Below are positions 1 through 20,634 of a stretch of 64,000 nucleotides of DNA, piece by piece. The stretch's first letter is position 1. Every line of letters begins with the position of its first letter. The DNA lies in the NCBI RefSeq assembly GCF_009914755.1, contig NC_060933.1. One strand, 5' to 3'. The position numbers were made by a program, and so were the translations under genes. This DNA comes from the human T2T-CHM13v2.0 reference genome, Homo sapiens. The notes below the pieces were generated by a model. It was not told the DNA's origin. It searched no databases and saw only the letters and a list, made by a program, of their open reading frames with translations.

Positions 1-79
1 GGAGAGTCCTTTGGGCTAAAGGTAAATAGGCAAACAGGGTACAGGGAGAAGCATAGCAGAAGGAGGAAACAGCATGTAA

Positions 80-394
<315 letters not shown>

Positions 395-2434
395 TGAAGG
401 TAGAGAAGTAGATGGAGATGAGATCACATATGGCCCTGTAGCCATGTTAAAGATTGTAGTCTCCATCCTGAAAGGAATGGGGGCCTTTTGTACCCCAAAA
501 TGAGTCATTGACTATGGATGCCTTTGGAAGCGTCATAACCTTTTAGACAAAGCACTCCCATCAGACAAGGGTCATTCTTGGGAGAAGTGGGGCAGCTAAG
601 AGCCATTAGCAGCCAATAGCCACAGTAAGCAGTGGTTGAGACTTTCTACTTGGTACTGGGGATTTAGGGAACATTTCAGCATCCACTATGAGAATTGTGC
701 TCAGCTTCATGGTTCATAGTGTCCACGAAGTAAAAACCAGCTACTCTGAAGAAGAAGAATTCCTCTTGCTGAAACCAGGATAAATTTGTTCTGATGTGGT
801 GTGATTTGCAATGTTCTCAGTAATATCCCTAGAGTAGACTCAGGGCTGTTTCTTCCAGTTCTCCTGAGAACAGGGCAATCAGATGCTGTGAGAAGCCAGA
901 GTTGCCACAGGTACAGAGCTTTTTTGATCTGTATGTGGCAGATTTGGCTCCCAATGGAATCCACTGACTTCTCACTTCCAGGGGGTAGCTCAGAGGTGAA
1001 ACTATAAAGTCGGTGGAGAGTATCTTCTCTGTCCCTGCCTCACTACCACCCTCTCAGCATCCTTTTCTGTCCCCACTTCACTACTACCTTTCTTCCATTT
1101 GATCTCCAACTTTAAATTGTTTTCCAGATATTTCTTTCTTTCTTTTTTTCTAAAGGAACTTAACTTTAAAAAGTGTTAGAGATTTATGGTACACGTAGGA
1201 TGTTTGCATTTTAAAGACCACTGGGAACCAACAGTGTTTATCATAGGGAAATGAATAACTATTCATATAATTTAAGGCATGTGGACCCCTTTAAATTATG
1301 TAAGATGACTAAGCTCCTCATACAAACTACATACACAGGGTGATCGAATAAGCAAACAGTAGAGAAAAGTTGGGAAGCTCTTATTCTGCACTCTCACTTT
1401 GCATATAGAACAATCCAGGCCATTACTCTTAGCTAATCTTCTTTTCCTCTCCCTTCCTGTGTCTTAGTTTTCTCTTCACCAAATAGAGAGAGTGGCAGGG
1501 TAGATGGCATTGCTAGGCCCAATCAAAGACAGAGACAAGGATGGAATAATTCTGATACATTCATTTTCCCCATGGCAGTGATAACCAGCACAACAGCAAT
1601 GGCACAACCAACAATTACTGAATGTCTTCCAGCTGTCAAGTTCCTTTCAGTTTCCAAGTCTTGTGAAAAGGAAGATGTCAGTGGATTTTCTGGCTAATGA
1701 GAGCCAAACCTCAACCTTTGGATCCTTCTTAGTTTCATCAGCTTGAGTACACATAGAAGCTGACCTAGAATGGGTGCTAAAATGGCTAGAAAAAAATAGA
1801 CCACTGTAGTCTTTCCTAGACTTACACTTAGCACTGGGGAGAAGCTGGCTCAGTTAAAAATTTACCTTACAGACAAAGTAAACTGTCCAAAGCCACAGAG
1901 TTCCAAGAAGAGGCTTTGGGGCAGGGGTGACATTGGCAGGTGCCAATGAGGACTTTGCTAGGGTTAAGTTATTTTATTATGGAAAAACAAATGAAATGAT
2001 AGCTGCAGTTAAATTAAGCTAGGAACGAATAAGGACTAAAACTGGAGACTAGCTTCTCCATGGTGAGTGTTCGTTTGTCCAGAGTAGACTGTCAATCACT
2101 TTGAACTCTTTTCTTGAATGGCTGGGCAACCACCATCTATTTTGAGATGTGTTAGCAATAGTTGGTGCCTGTGGTTAGGGCGTGTATCCAATAGAATGTC
2201 TTGGTGGGAAATGTGGGAAGAGGAGTTTTTATGCCAAAATCGTCCTTCTCTATTTTAAGAAATGCCTACTTCTTTATTTCTTTCATGTCTCTTATCTGCC
2301 CAAACTCAGTCTATCAGTGATTTAGGGAAGACAATTTGCAGTCCACTCGTCACCTACAAAGGTTAATTTTTGTTCATACCTTACTCTACGGTGGTTAAAT
2401 ATTGTCAGCTTTATGAAAGGCACTAAAACACTGA

Positions 2435-2731
<297 letters not shown>

Positions 2732-2837
2732 AACGCTGAGAATTTTCTAAACTTTGGTCTTTTTGGATGTATACAGGATAACTACTCTTCGTTGTGTTTT
2801 ACGCTAGAGGTTTCTGGGGAATATAAAAGAAGTAAAG

Positions 2838-3242
<405 letters not shown>

Positions 3243-4010
3243 CTATGGGCAGGGACCCTACAAAACACTTCATGCACCTTACCTCATTTAATACTCAAAG
3301 TGACCTCTTGGAGGTAGCCATTATAACCTGGTTTACAGGTAAGAAAGCTGAGCCCCAGAGAGGTCTTTAGCTTGGCAGTAGCTGAGTCATAACTGCAAAC
3401 CTAGGTCTGTCCAACTTCAGAGCCTGTGATTGACTCTTCTGTTACTGCACTCTGCCCTCACAGGAAAACTTTAAACCCAAACACAGTGATTAATTATCAG
3501 CCTGATTAATAGAGACAGAACAAGTCTCAACATGGAGTAGATTCGCTCTTGGCTGCTGTTGCTATTTATTCTGCCTGGCTTTGGACTGAGTGTAAGTTCT
3601 CACCTTCATAATGCAATCTGTGTGGGAGCAGATTGCAGACTCATAAATTATAGGGAAACCATGCAGTATGTGAGTTGTTATTCTATGTGTTAAAGACAAG
3701 ATAGAGAATAATACAGATGCCTTTGCTCCTTCCTTCAGGACCAGTCTATAGATTATGAGTGTATTATATTTGAACACATGATCTTTCCCCCTTCCAAACC
3801 TGCATTTCTAGGTAGAAATAGAACTGTACTCATGATCTTAGTTGAAATGCTATGTTATCTCGTAGGTGAGTTCGGTGCAGTCATTCATGCAATGATTCAT
3901 AACCAAACCTTCACTAAGTCCCTGGTAATGTCCTAGGTACCGCACACACAAAGCTGGAACGCCACAGTCTTTGTCTTTAGGAAGCTGAATCTCACTGAAG
4001 AAAGGCATAG

Positions 4011-4143
4011 CACTGCCAGATTTAGCAAGTAAAAAAATACAGGACACTCAGGTAATTATTACACAAGACGTAGTAAAAAATTATCTCTTGTTTAACTGAA
4101 ATTCAAATGTAACTAGGCACCATGTATTTTATCTGGCAACTCT
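4011..4143. mobile_element. MER53-like palindromic MITE remnant
   Basis: tgccagatttagcaagtaaaaaaatacagg and tgtatttttatctggcaac inverted ends. Confidence 0.55.
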
Positions 4144-4336
4144 GGGCAGTCATAAAAATCCACCACACCTGACAAAAAGATGGCTGCTGTCAAGGGTGTG
4201 TACATGTCTCTGTAGCTACTGAAGGGAAGGAACACTTTTCCCTGCCTGGAAGTGCCAGCTTAGGCTTCATAGCACTGCGTGGGCTGGCTAGTAGGAATTA
4301 TCAACTTGCTGGGTGATCTTGAAGGATGATTAACAG

Positions 4337-4832
4337 GTATGTTTATAGCAGCACTATTCACAATAGCAAAGACTTGGAACCAACCTAAATGTCCAACAAC
4401 GATAGACTGGATTAAGAAAATGTGGCACATATACACCATGGAATACTATGCAGCCATAAAAAATGATGAGTTCATGTCCTTTGTAGGGACATGGATGAAA
4501 CTGGAAACCATCATTCTCAGCAAACTATTGCAAAGACAAAAAACCAAACACTGCATGTTCTCACTCATAGGTGGGAATTGAACAATGAGAACACATGGAC
4601 ACAGGAAGGGGAACATCACACACCAGGGACTGTTGTGGGGTGGGGGGAGGTGGGAGGGATAGCATTAGGAGATATACCTAATGTTAAATGACGAGTTACT
4701 GGGTGCAGCACACCAACATGGCACACGTATACATATGTAACAAACCTGCACGTTGTGCACATGTACCCTAAAACTTTAAGTATAATAATAATAAAATTAA
4801 AAAAACAAAAGTAAACTGTAAAAAAAAAAAAA
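4337..4832 (+). mobile_element. 5'-truncated L1PA (L1PA4-like): ORF2 C-terminus, 3'UTR, poly(A)
   Basis: [22 protein letters not shown]...IGGN is the L1 ORF2 end; G-rich 3'UTR; A tail. Confidence 0.95.
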
Positions 4833-4886
4833 GATCTGACAGGCAGAGATGGGGGAAGAAAGTTTCAGACACAGGGAAGACCGTAG

Positions 4887-5423
<537 letters not shown>

Positions 5424-5720
5424 TAGCAGAGTTCACAAAATGTGGGCCATGGACTGTTGTTACTGTTGGAGGTAATTTCAGGTAAATTCTGGTGATTTAG
5501 GGTAGTCTGGGGAATGCAGAATTAAATAACCTTGATTTACCCAGGGAGAAGATTAATTTATTAAAAAAAATTAAAAGTCTTAATTTTATTTCTATGTGTA
5601 CACTTTTTAAAAATTAAGACTTTAATTTTTAGAAAAGTCTTAGGTTTGCAGAAAAATTGAGGAGAAAGTAAAGAGAGTTCTCATATAGACCCCTCTTGAA
5701 TCCTTTTCATTCTCTTCCAA

Positions 5721-6208
<488 letters not shown>

Positions 6209-6842
6209 TCAATACTGATTGATTACTCAAGAAGAAAGTCTTAGTTGGTGCTGTTGTATCTTTAACATCTCTCTGATAATTGCTCATCCTGCTGAAGAGG
6301 GTGGGGGAGGGAAAGAAAGAGACAGGGAAGAAGAGAGGGAAGAAAAGAGAGAGAATGAACACTCACGTTTTGAGTCTTTGACAAGCCACATATCAAGTTA
6401 GAATTGAAAAAAAAGTCATTTTGTTTTCAGTGCACTCATGTTTGAAGTTTTCTTCCACTTCTGAGAGCAACACTCATTTTCTCTTTAAGGCGTGGTGATA
6501 AAAGCTTTCATTGTAAAATCTATTCATATACAAAAAGTGAATAGGTGAAGTAAATGATGATAAAGGTGACTTGCTGATGACTAAAGCTTGAAAAGTTAAG
6601 GGCTAAGGAATTCTGGCAGAGGTTGCATTCTTACCTCATGGTAAATTGCCATCTGATCTTTCCAGGGTTGATGGAATTTTCTGGAGAAAAGCCCCACCTT
6701 CTTTAGTAAGAAGGAATAAGGATCGCCCCAGGGGAGCAGTGGCTTTATAATACTGTACCGTATATTGCTTAAATGCAGCCTTCTTTCCTTGGCTGCTCTT
6801 CTCTGCCCTCTCATCCCCATCCAGTCTTTTCTTTTTTAAAAG

Positions 6843-6843
<1 letters not shown>

Positions 6844-6883
<40 letters not shown>

Positions 6884-7167
6884 TTGAGACAGGATTTCAC
6901 AACTGTCACCCAGGCTGGAGTGCAGTGGCACAATCGCGGCTCACTGCAACCTCTACCTCCTGGCTCAAGCGATCCTTCCGCCTCAGCCTCCCAAGTAGTT
7001 GGAATTACAGGCACATGCCACGACACCCAGCTCATCTTTGTATTTTTTGTAGAGATGAGGTCTCACTATGTTGCCGAAACTGGTCTTGAACTCCTGGGCT
7101 CAAGTGATCCATCCACCTTGGCCTCCCACAGTACTGGGATGACAGGCATGAGCCACCGTGCCTGGCC
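6844..7167 (-). mobile_element. AluJ with (ATT)n tail
   Basis: Alu consensus. Confidence 0.88.
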
Positions 7168-7632
7168 AGTCTCTTCTGTAAAGCCCCAATGAGGAATAAT
7201 AAAATTAATGCTTCCTTTTAAGAGGACGCCTAATGTGAACAACAACAATGGCAAGAAGACAGGCTCAGGATTTTTTTTTTTTAAGAGTGAGCACACATAG
7301 TATATTAAAAAGCTATCAGTGGCACACACAGATTTTCGGGAACACTCCTGGGAGAGGGGAATATGCTAGCCAAGGCAATTTCTCTGAAATCCATTTCCTG
7401 TATCCTAGGGCACATGGGCCCAAGGGTGACACCAATAAAAGGATCGACTGAGGCAGTAAATTTTCTTTGCTTTGAGGGAATCTTTGTCATATTAGTGTAC
7501 CATGCTTTTAATTTTCTCTAGCATACCTGGGTTCACATCTACACTCAACCATTTGCTGGTTGTGTGACCTTGGACAAGCTACCTCAACCTTTAAACTTCG
7601 TGTCTGTACAATAAGAAAGGTATTACTGATCT

Positions 7633-8092
<460 letters not shown>

Positions 8093-8667
8093 TTACTAAG
8101 TAAATGGTGGATAACTGGAATTGCATCTGCTGCAAAGGTAACTTGTGGTGACTTCAACTATACGAAGAGAGAGAAAATAATATAAACACCTCCTACTCCC
8201 AGCCACACACACATACTGGGAAATTAGTTTGTTTGCCCAGGTGGGTACCATCTCACTGCACAGAACGGATTCTAGTATTTTCAATTAATATTTGTGGAAC
8301 AATACGGCCCTAGACACAAGCCAACTACTCCATCTGGCCCTCCATCAAGGAAATGATGATGGGTTTCAGTGCAGAAGAGCAAAAATGACCTTACTGGGAC
8401 AAAGGACTGACTGTACTTTATGGAGGATCTTGACTGATGTTACTTTTTTCTTACCCTCTATCTTTAGATCCTAGCCTTGTGTAAGATGCAACTCTATTAA
8501 AGAAAACTTACTTACCCCTGTAAGAGTTTTTGTAGTTGTTCTTCTGGCTATTTATTTGGGATTCTTGAGCCTCATTGTTTATCAAAGGGTTGCAACTTGT
8601 TTTTGTCTTTACTCTTTTGTTTTAATGCCTCATTGATATTTTTAATAAGTCCTTTGGTGTACTTCAC

Positions 8668-8853
8668 CAGGGTTGCTCAAAAGCGAGTGTGTATCAGAAT
8701 CATCTCCATTTTCCTTGCATGTGTCCTCTGCCTCCACCTCTAACAGCTTCTGATTAGGGGCATCTGGAGTGGGGTCTGAAGTGTGCATTTCTAACATATT
8801 CCCAAGTGATGCTAACACTCCCAGTCCCAGACCTTCACTTTGAGAATCCCTGA
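8668..8853. mobile_element. MER5A-like DNA transposon
   Basis: atcagaatc...tgcatttctaacatattcccaagtgatgct...cactttgagaatccctg. Confidence 0.6.
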
Positions 8854-8945
8854 ACTAGGTCATCCCAATGAAGATGAGGCCCCTACCACAATGACTTTCA
8901 AACTTGACTACCAGAACCCACATTATTATAGTAGATGCACTCTGA

Positions 8946-9258
<313 letters not shown>

Positions 9259-10944
9259 TCAGATTTTGTTTGTTTGTTTGTTTGTTTGAGTTTAAGAAAA
9301 TGCTGACCCACTGATTGCATTTGATCAGCCATTACTGGGTCATGTTTCAGCTGGAAACACTGTTAGTGTTTGATAAACAAAAATTGCACTGGTAAAAATG
9401 CATGGCTCTTCATTAGACAACAGGCAAAAATTAAGTCACCTCTCTCTTTTCCTATAACAATAGAAAGGCCATTATAAAAGCATGGATCCTTCTACTTGTA
9501 AGCAAGTGAAGTCACATCGAGACTTTGGCTGCTGAAAGTGAGATGGAGAAGCCTTTGGTTTCCAGAGAATTCTCTTGGATTCTGACATATGGCTTGTTTT
9601 ATTGTTCCAATGTAAGGCAGAACTGAAAGAATAGTGAAGAAAACTGAACATCTGCCTGCTCCAACATGTAGAGAGATGCTACAGAACATAAAATGCCTGA
9701 GCTGCCAGAGTGATTCCATGTGACATCTGCCACATGTGGGCATGAAATTCATTCTCCATCCTGTTCTTCTCTAAAGACATTTTCACAGCTGCTCTTTCCA
9801 GAGGGCCTGTGACTTGTGAGTGTTGGCTTGGGTTTACAGGTGGTCTTTGACTTTCATTTGTCTAACTTGCACATACTACACGTTGACATTAAACCTTCAT
9901 GCACATAATTTGGCCTTTCTATTGTCACTGGCTATATAATGATTTTCCAGCCATCCTCATTACAGTGGCCTGTGCTCTGGAATGGTGGGGCCTGAGCCAA
10001 GGTGCCAGGCATATTCAGTCGCTTTTACTAATACGAGTGCTGCTCTAGGTCCAGGGACCTTGTTTTAGTCCACACCTCCTTGGTCATATTCTTTGCCCTT
10101 CAGCAGCCAGACTATCTAGAGCAAGCTAGCTCCAGGCTTCCATCCTTGGCGTGGAAATCTTGTCTGCCCCACTTCTGTCTGCTTCTCACTCCCATATCAC
10201 CTGGGCTTGGAAGAATGGCATGCATGGGGATAGGCTGCTTTGGTGGAGTGAAGAACACACTTCATTTGTCCTACTTAATGAACGCATCACATCTGGGCCC
10301 AAATATTTAAAAATTACAGGCTGTAGAGTTTTCCAGTCCTGTCTCTGGCAACATCAGGTTTGTGGGAAAGAGAAATGGCCTCAAAAGCAGTGCACAGTCT
10401 CCTCACCCACTGAAGATTTCCATCTGCCTCACTAGGCAGAGGTCTGGGCTGAAAATGTGCAATGCATCAGCAATAATACTTATGATCTTTACTTGAAAAA
10501 CTTTCTCGGAAGCAAAATGCTTGTTTGTGTGTGTGTGTGTTTGAAGAGATGGGTCTTGCTATGTCACCCAGGCTTGAGTGTAGTGGCTATTCACAGACGC
10601 AATTGTAGTGCCTTGAACTCCTGGCCTCAAGCAATCCTCCCTCCTTAGCCTCCTGAGTAGCTGGGACTACAGACTCAAACCACTGTGTATGGCCAAAATA
10701 CTCTTGTAATGTCTAAGTATGAGTTTGTTTGACTTTGAGAACTGCGGTTTTCAAAAATGCCCCCTCATTCTTAAGGTCTCAGGTCTACAGTTATTTCATC
10801 AGGAAGCCATCTCTGACTCCTGGCAAGTTCAAATTTCCTTTCCTTAGGACATGCTCACAAAGCACGAGCGCTTCTCCTTCATAGCACATCTCCTTACAAA
10901 TGCATTTTTTTAAAAAATGGACTTTATTTTGGATTTTTAAAAAA

Positions 10945-11634
<690 letters not shown>

Positions 11635-11713
11635 TGATGTTAGCATCTTAAGTTACCATGCTGTGTTTGTCAAAACTAAGAAACCAACATTGTTACATTA
11701 CCTTAGACTAAAC

Positions 11714-12061
11714 TCCAGCCCTGCCCACAGCCCCCGGCTGCCCACGCACTGTCCGGGAAACCAGCAGCAAATAGGCGGAAGAACCATCCACTGCCTGCTC
11801 CCCAGGGCTGCAGCAAGCAAGGTGGAGCCAGAGACCACCACCAGGCAAGTGAGACCCAGCCCCACTTCCACGTGGGCAAAGCTGCCGCCACCCCGGCCAG
11901 TCCAGGACGGCCGCAGAGGCCCCACCTCGTCCTGCAAAGGAGGGAGCCTGCCGCGCTCCCGGCTCTGCCAGACGCTCCTGCCCGAGGGCCTGCGTCCTGC
12001 AGTTCCCCAGTGCGGGCTCCCGGTCCCTCCCACCAGGTGCCCGGTCGGTCGGTCGTAGGGG
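11714..12061. other. Short GC/CpG-rich segment of unknown origin
   Basis: About 350 nt, roughly 70% GC and about 20 CpGs by eye, sharp edges against AT-rich flanks. Confidence 0.65.
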
Positions 12062-12567
12062 ACAAATTTCTAACCAGCAGGTACCTACAGGAAATAACTC
12101 TTTTAGGAATTATTCGGAATGTAATTCTTTTAGGAAATACATCTCTCCTAATTGGCCACCAGTACCTTTTCATTTGTCCTCTTGAATAGTAAAACCCAAG
12201 TTCCAGAGGCAACTAATCAGTTTCCCACCCCACTGTTGCCAGTGGCCTCTATGTTGCTCAAGCTAATGGTCAATTCTTACTCTGCATTGTACTTGATCCA
12301 TTGTTTGGTATAGTTGATCACTCCCTCTTCCTCTATACGCTTTCTTTACTTGGCTTCTGGGACACTATACTCTGTTTTCTTCCTACCTCACTTGTCATGA
12401 ATTCTCAGTCTTCTTTGTAAGTTATTCTCTTCTTCTCACCCTCATAATGTGGAAGTGTCTAGGATCCTTCATCCTCATCTCAATCTATATGCACTCCCTT
12501 GAAGGTCATATTCAGGCTTGTGATTTTAAAAGGTTTATGTGCTGACTACTTCGAAATTTATATCCCA

Positions 12568-12929
<362 letters not shown>

Positions 12930-13210
12930 TCACTGACAGCACTTGGATGCCTAGTAGATGCCTCAAACTTAACATGTCCAAACCTGAACCCTGATCTTTC
13001 CCTAGAAACCAGCTCCACCCTCAGCCATCTCTGTCAGAGTGGTTGGCAACTCCACCCTTCAAAGTGCTCAGGAAAATCTTTGGTATTATTCTTCTTTCTC
13101 TCAGGCCCCTCATACAAGCCATCAGGAAATTTAATCCCAATTTATTTATACATATAAAAAATCCATTTCTCACCCCCTCTGCTGTTACTACCTTGGTCTC
13201 AGGTCCATTC

Positions 13211-13533
<323 letters not shown>

Positions 13534-14015
13534 TGAGTTACTGAAACAGGCTCCTCCTGGTTTTCCCTTTGTCCCTCCTCTGCTCAAAACTTCACCAGCC
13601 CCATTCTGACATAGAATAAAAGCAAAGTCCTGACGATGTCCTGCAAAACTCTATATGATCTAGTCTTCTGAGATACTTCTGTGACCACCTCTCCCAGCAC
13701 TCTTTTCCTCATTCCTACTTCAGCCAGCCCTCCTTGCCGTTTGTCACCTGCCGCCTTGTCACCTTTTATTATAATCTACTCTTTACTTATTATTTTCTGT
13801 CTTTTTTCATTAGACTGAGAGCTCTTTAAGGTAGAGGATCTTTGTTTGTTTATTTTTTTTTTCACTGTTATATGCTTTCTCACACACACCAGGCACGCTC
13901 TGTCTTGGGGTTTTTGTTCCAGCTGCTCCTTTTGCTTCAATTCCTATTCTCTCCACAGAGTTTGGCTAATTTCCTTACCTCCTCAAAACCTTTGCTTAAG
14001 TCTTACCTTCGCACT

Positions 14016-14748
14016 TGGAACCGCCCAACAGGTTCTCCTTGCCCGCTGCCTAGACAGAGCTGATTTATCAAGACAGGACAATTGCAATAAAGAGTGTAAT
14101 TCACACAGAGCCAGCTGTACAGGGGACGGGAGTTTTATTATTACTCAAATCAGTCTCACCAACAATTGGGGCATGGGGTTTTTAAGGACATATTGGTGGG
14201 TAGGGGTCAGTGAGTTGAGAGTTCTGAATGGTTGGGTCGGAAATGAAATCAGAGAGAATCGAAACTGTCCTCTTGCATTTAGTCAGTTCCTGGGTGGGGG
14301 CCACAAGACTAGATGAGCCACTTTATCAATCTGGGTGGTGCCAGCTGATCCATCAAGTGCAGGGACTGCAAAACATCTCAAGCACTGACGTTAGGCTTTA
14401 CAATAGTGATGTTATCCCCAGGAGCAATTTGAGGAGGATCAGAATCTTGTGGCCTCTAGCTTCATGACTCCTAAACCATAATTTCTAATCTTCTGGCTAA
14501 CTGTTAGTCCCGCAAAGGCAGACTAGTCCCCAGGCAGGAAAAGCGTTTGTTTTGGGAAAGGGATATTATGTCTTTGTTTCAAAGTTAAACTATAAATTAA
14601 GTTTCTTCCAAAGTTAGTTTGGCCTACGCCCAGGAATGAACAAGGACAGCTCGGAGGTTAGAAGCAAGATGGAGTGAGTTAGGTCAGCTCTCTTTCACTA
14701 TATCACTGTAATAATCTTCACAGTTACAATTTTGCAACGGTGGTTTCA
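14016..14748 (-). mobile_element. Solo ERV1 LTR (LTR8/LTR8A-like)
   Basis: Minus strand begins TGAAACCACCGTTGCAAAATT; perfect 4-bp TSD cact (14012-14015, 14749-14752). Confidence 0.85.
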
Positions 14749-15877
14749 CACTGAGGCCAACTGCCATCTTATTTACCTGCCTCTTTCACCCCCCCATTCC
14801 TGATCCTCTTTATCCCATCTTATGTTTTCATTTGTTTTGCAAGATTTGTCACCTTTTATTATAATCTGCTCTTATTTATTATTTTCTGTCTTTTTTCGCT
14901 AGACTATAAGCTCCTTAAGGTAGAGGATCTTCGTTTATTTTTTTCACTGTTAGATCCTAAGAACTTTGATCCATGCCTGGTACATAATAGATGTTAAATA
15001 AATGTTTACTGACTAAATGAATTAATCAAAACTGACCTGTTACATATACTGTGTCTTCAAAAACTTGCTCTATATTCTTTAAGCAAAACTACTAAACTGT
15101 TAAAACTCATTCCTCCTCTACAAGAGACAGGAATCAGGAGAGGCTAGAGAGACTGAAGAGGTCTTTTGGAGAAAAGAGAAATTTTTGAGTCTTCTTGAAT
15201 CACCCCGTGTAGATGGCTACATATACGAGTAACATTATGGTGCTATCGTAGCAGTATCTCAAACGACTACTCCATCACTTACTAGCTGCGGAGAACTTAG
15301 ACAAATTCTAAATCTTAGTTTCCTCATCTATAAAGTGGCAATCATGATAATATCAATTTCAGTCATTGTGAGACTTAGATGAGCAATGTAAATTGAGTCT
15401 GAGGTATATTGCTTGGTACAGTGCTTGACATATAGCATGCATACAAGAAGAATGAACACTATTCTGCACGGAACCTTAATAGACATTGAATCTATAGCCC
15501 AGAGATGGGAAATGAAGGTCCAGAGACATGGGAAATGCATGTCTGTTTGTTTCAGTTTCCCAGGGTTGCTTGGGAGCCTTGAGAACACTACTGCCTAAGA
15601 GTGCTCAGGTGTCTTCGGGAGGACCTTCTGCCCTTGCTGAAGACACCGAGAATCAAGACTTCCCAGGTGGCAACAGTTCTGAGCTGGGCTAGCTTCAGGA
15701 AGGCCTTCAACTCTGGACCAAAGTGCTATTCAGAATATTAACCCATGGAGAAGGCCAACTGCCTTAGTCCACTGTTTTTTCTGGAGATGAGTAGTTCTAT
15801 CCAAGCATGTTGTCTGAAACAGTTCTTCCCCTTTCTCATTGGAGGAAAGGATGCCTGATACTAGGACTCAGTCATAA

Positions 15878-17599
<1,722 letters not shown>

Positions 17600-18627
17600 T
17601 GTAGATATATTTATGAGTGGGCCTTTTAGAGACCTTACTCCAGCTTCTCTTCCTAAGTGTTGAAAAATCAAGCTCAGAGAGATTGACATACCTCAAACAA
17701 CACAGCTGCTGATAGACTATGATGAGAACTCGTCTTCTGATGGCCAATCAAGCATGCTTTCTAACACTGAATGTTACTGTGCTGAACTTTGCTCCTATGC
17801 AAACAAATGCCTCTAAGGAGGAGACACTCTAAGCCTTTTAGGGGGCCTACTGAGATTAGCTGCTTTTTTCTATTTTCCCCAAATTCCAGCACTGCAGACT
17901 CTGCCACTGTCCCTCCGCCCTCCATTTTCAAATCACTGTTTTGTCTGTGTTATCAGCCTTTTCTTCCCTTGGGTATCTAACAGACTCCTCCCAGCCTTCA
18001 AGCCCAGCCTAACTGTCAGCTCTTCCCAGAAGCCACTGAAATGCAATCCCATTCCCTGCCCAACCTCCAGGCAAATCAATCACTCTTACCTGTTTTTCTA
18101 CATCACTTTGCCTTTGCATAAATATTGATTAGAGCATCTCTTACTGTAATTCCTTTAGCTTTGTTTGCGCATGCCTGTCTCTCTTGCTGAAGTGTGAGCA
18201 TCTCAAGGAGAGTATTCATGCTCTATGCATCCCTAGGATGGGCCTACTGCTAGCATCAAACCACCCCATTAATGACTGTTGGATGAATGAGTGAATGAAT
18301 GGTGGGAGAAATGGATTTTGGTAAGAACAAGAAAGGCTTTGGGGAGATAAGACATAAAATGTGTGCTGGGTGGTGATAGCAGATTAGGATGAGGAAAAAA
18401 ACTTGGGTGAGAAGGTAGTGAAAGTGAGGAAGGTCCCAACTTGGGTTTTGACCCACCTCACACTTTTCCAGGACTAGTGGTGAGTGTGCCCAATATAAAT
18501 GTTTGGGGAGGAAGATTTTAAATTTAGACTGGAATTTGTAAATCCTAGGTGAATAAATGTTAACGATAAGTGAGCACTTTCTTAGCATGTTAAAAGTGTG
18601 TTCATCGGAGATAAAAGAGCTAGGTAA

Positions 18628-19170
<543 letters not shown>

Positions 19171-19237
19171 CTAGATGAAATACTTTGTTGTGGTTAAGTA
19201 ATGTTCTTAACTTCACTGGGAGGAAGTGATGCAGTAA

Positions 19238-19828
<591 letters not shown>

Positions 19829-19869
19829 GGAACTGCAGTATTCTTTGTGGAGGTTAAAAAGAGGCCCCA

Positions 19870-20173
19870 GGCCAGGCGTGGTGGCTCATGCCTGTAACGT
19901 CAGCACGTTGGGAGGCCGAGGCGGGCAGATCATTTGAGCCCAGGAGATCTAGACCAGCCTGGGCGACATCGTGAAACCCCATTTCTACAAAAAATGCAAA
20001 AATTACCTGGGCGTGGTGGCACATACCTGTGGATTCAGGTACTTGGGAGGCTGAAGTGGGAGGATCATTTGAGCCTGGGAGATGGAGACTGCAGCAGTGA
20101 GCTGTGATCGCATCACTGCACTCCAGCCAGGGCAACAGAGTGAGAACCTGTCTCAAAAAAAAAAAAAAAAAAA
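19870..20173 (+). mobile_element. Alu (J-like)
   Basis: Alu consensus. Confidence 0.88.
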
Positions 20174-20634
20174 GAGAGAGACAGAGAGATGATCTAAAGA
20201 AAGAAAGAGAGAAAGAGAGAGATGATCTAGATACAGTATGGTGCAAATAATTGGGTAGATCGCAGTTATGGTTCAGAAACTTAGGCATTAGCCTTGAAAG
20301 TTCAAATTGATATATGTTACTCTAAACCCCTCTAAATGAGGTCTTATTAAAATGAGGTCACCAGATAAGATGATCTGAAGTTTTTTGATGCTTAATTTTG
20401 TTAAGCAGTGACTGTGACTGGTAGAATTTAAGATAAGCATGGCATCATTATATGCCATGCTTATAAGCTTGACTATGCAACTTTTCTTTAACCTTTAGTC
20501 TTAACTTTGGCATCATAGAGCTGGGGTCCAATGCGGATTTTTCTGGGGAAATTTGGGCAAGTCATTTAACTTCTTTGTGTCGGTTTTCTCCTGTGCAAGA
20601 AAATAGGGATAAAAGTAGTACCTCCACTGTAGGT

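Noticed and set aside
4790-4832. Split A tail of the L1 as a 3' transduction
   Set aside because: The intervening sequence (gtaaactgt) is too short to trace and I found no TSD.
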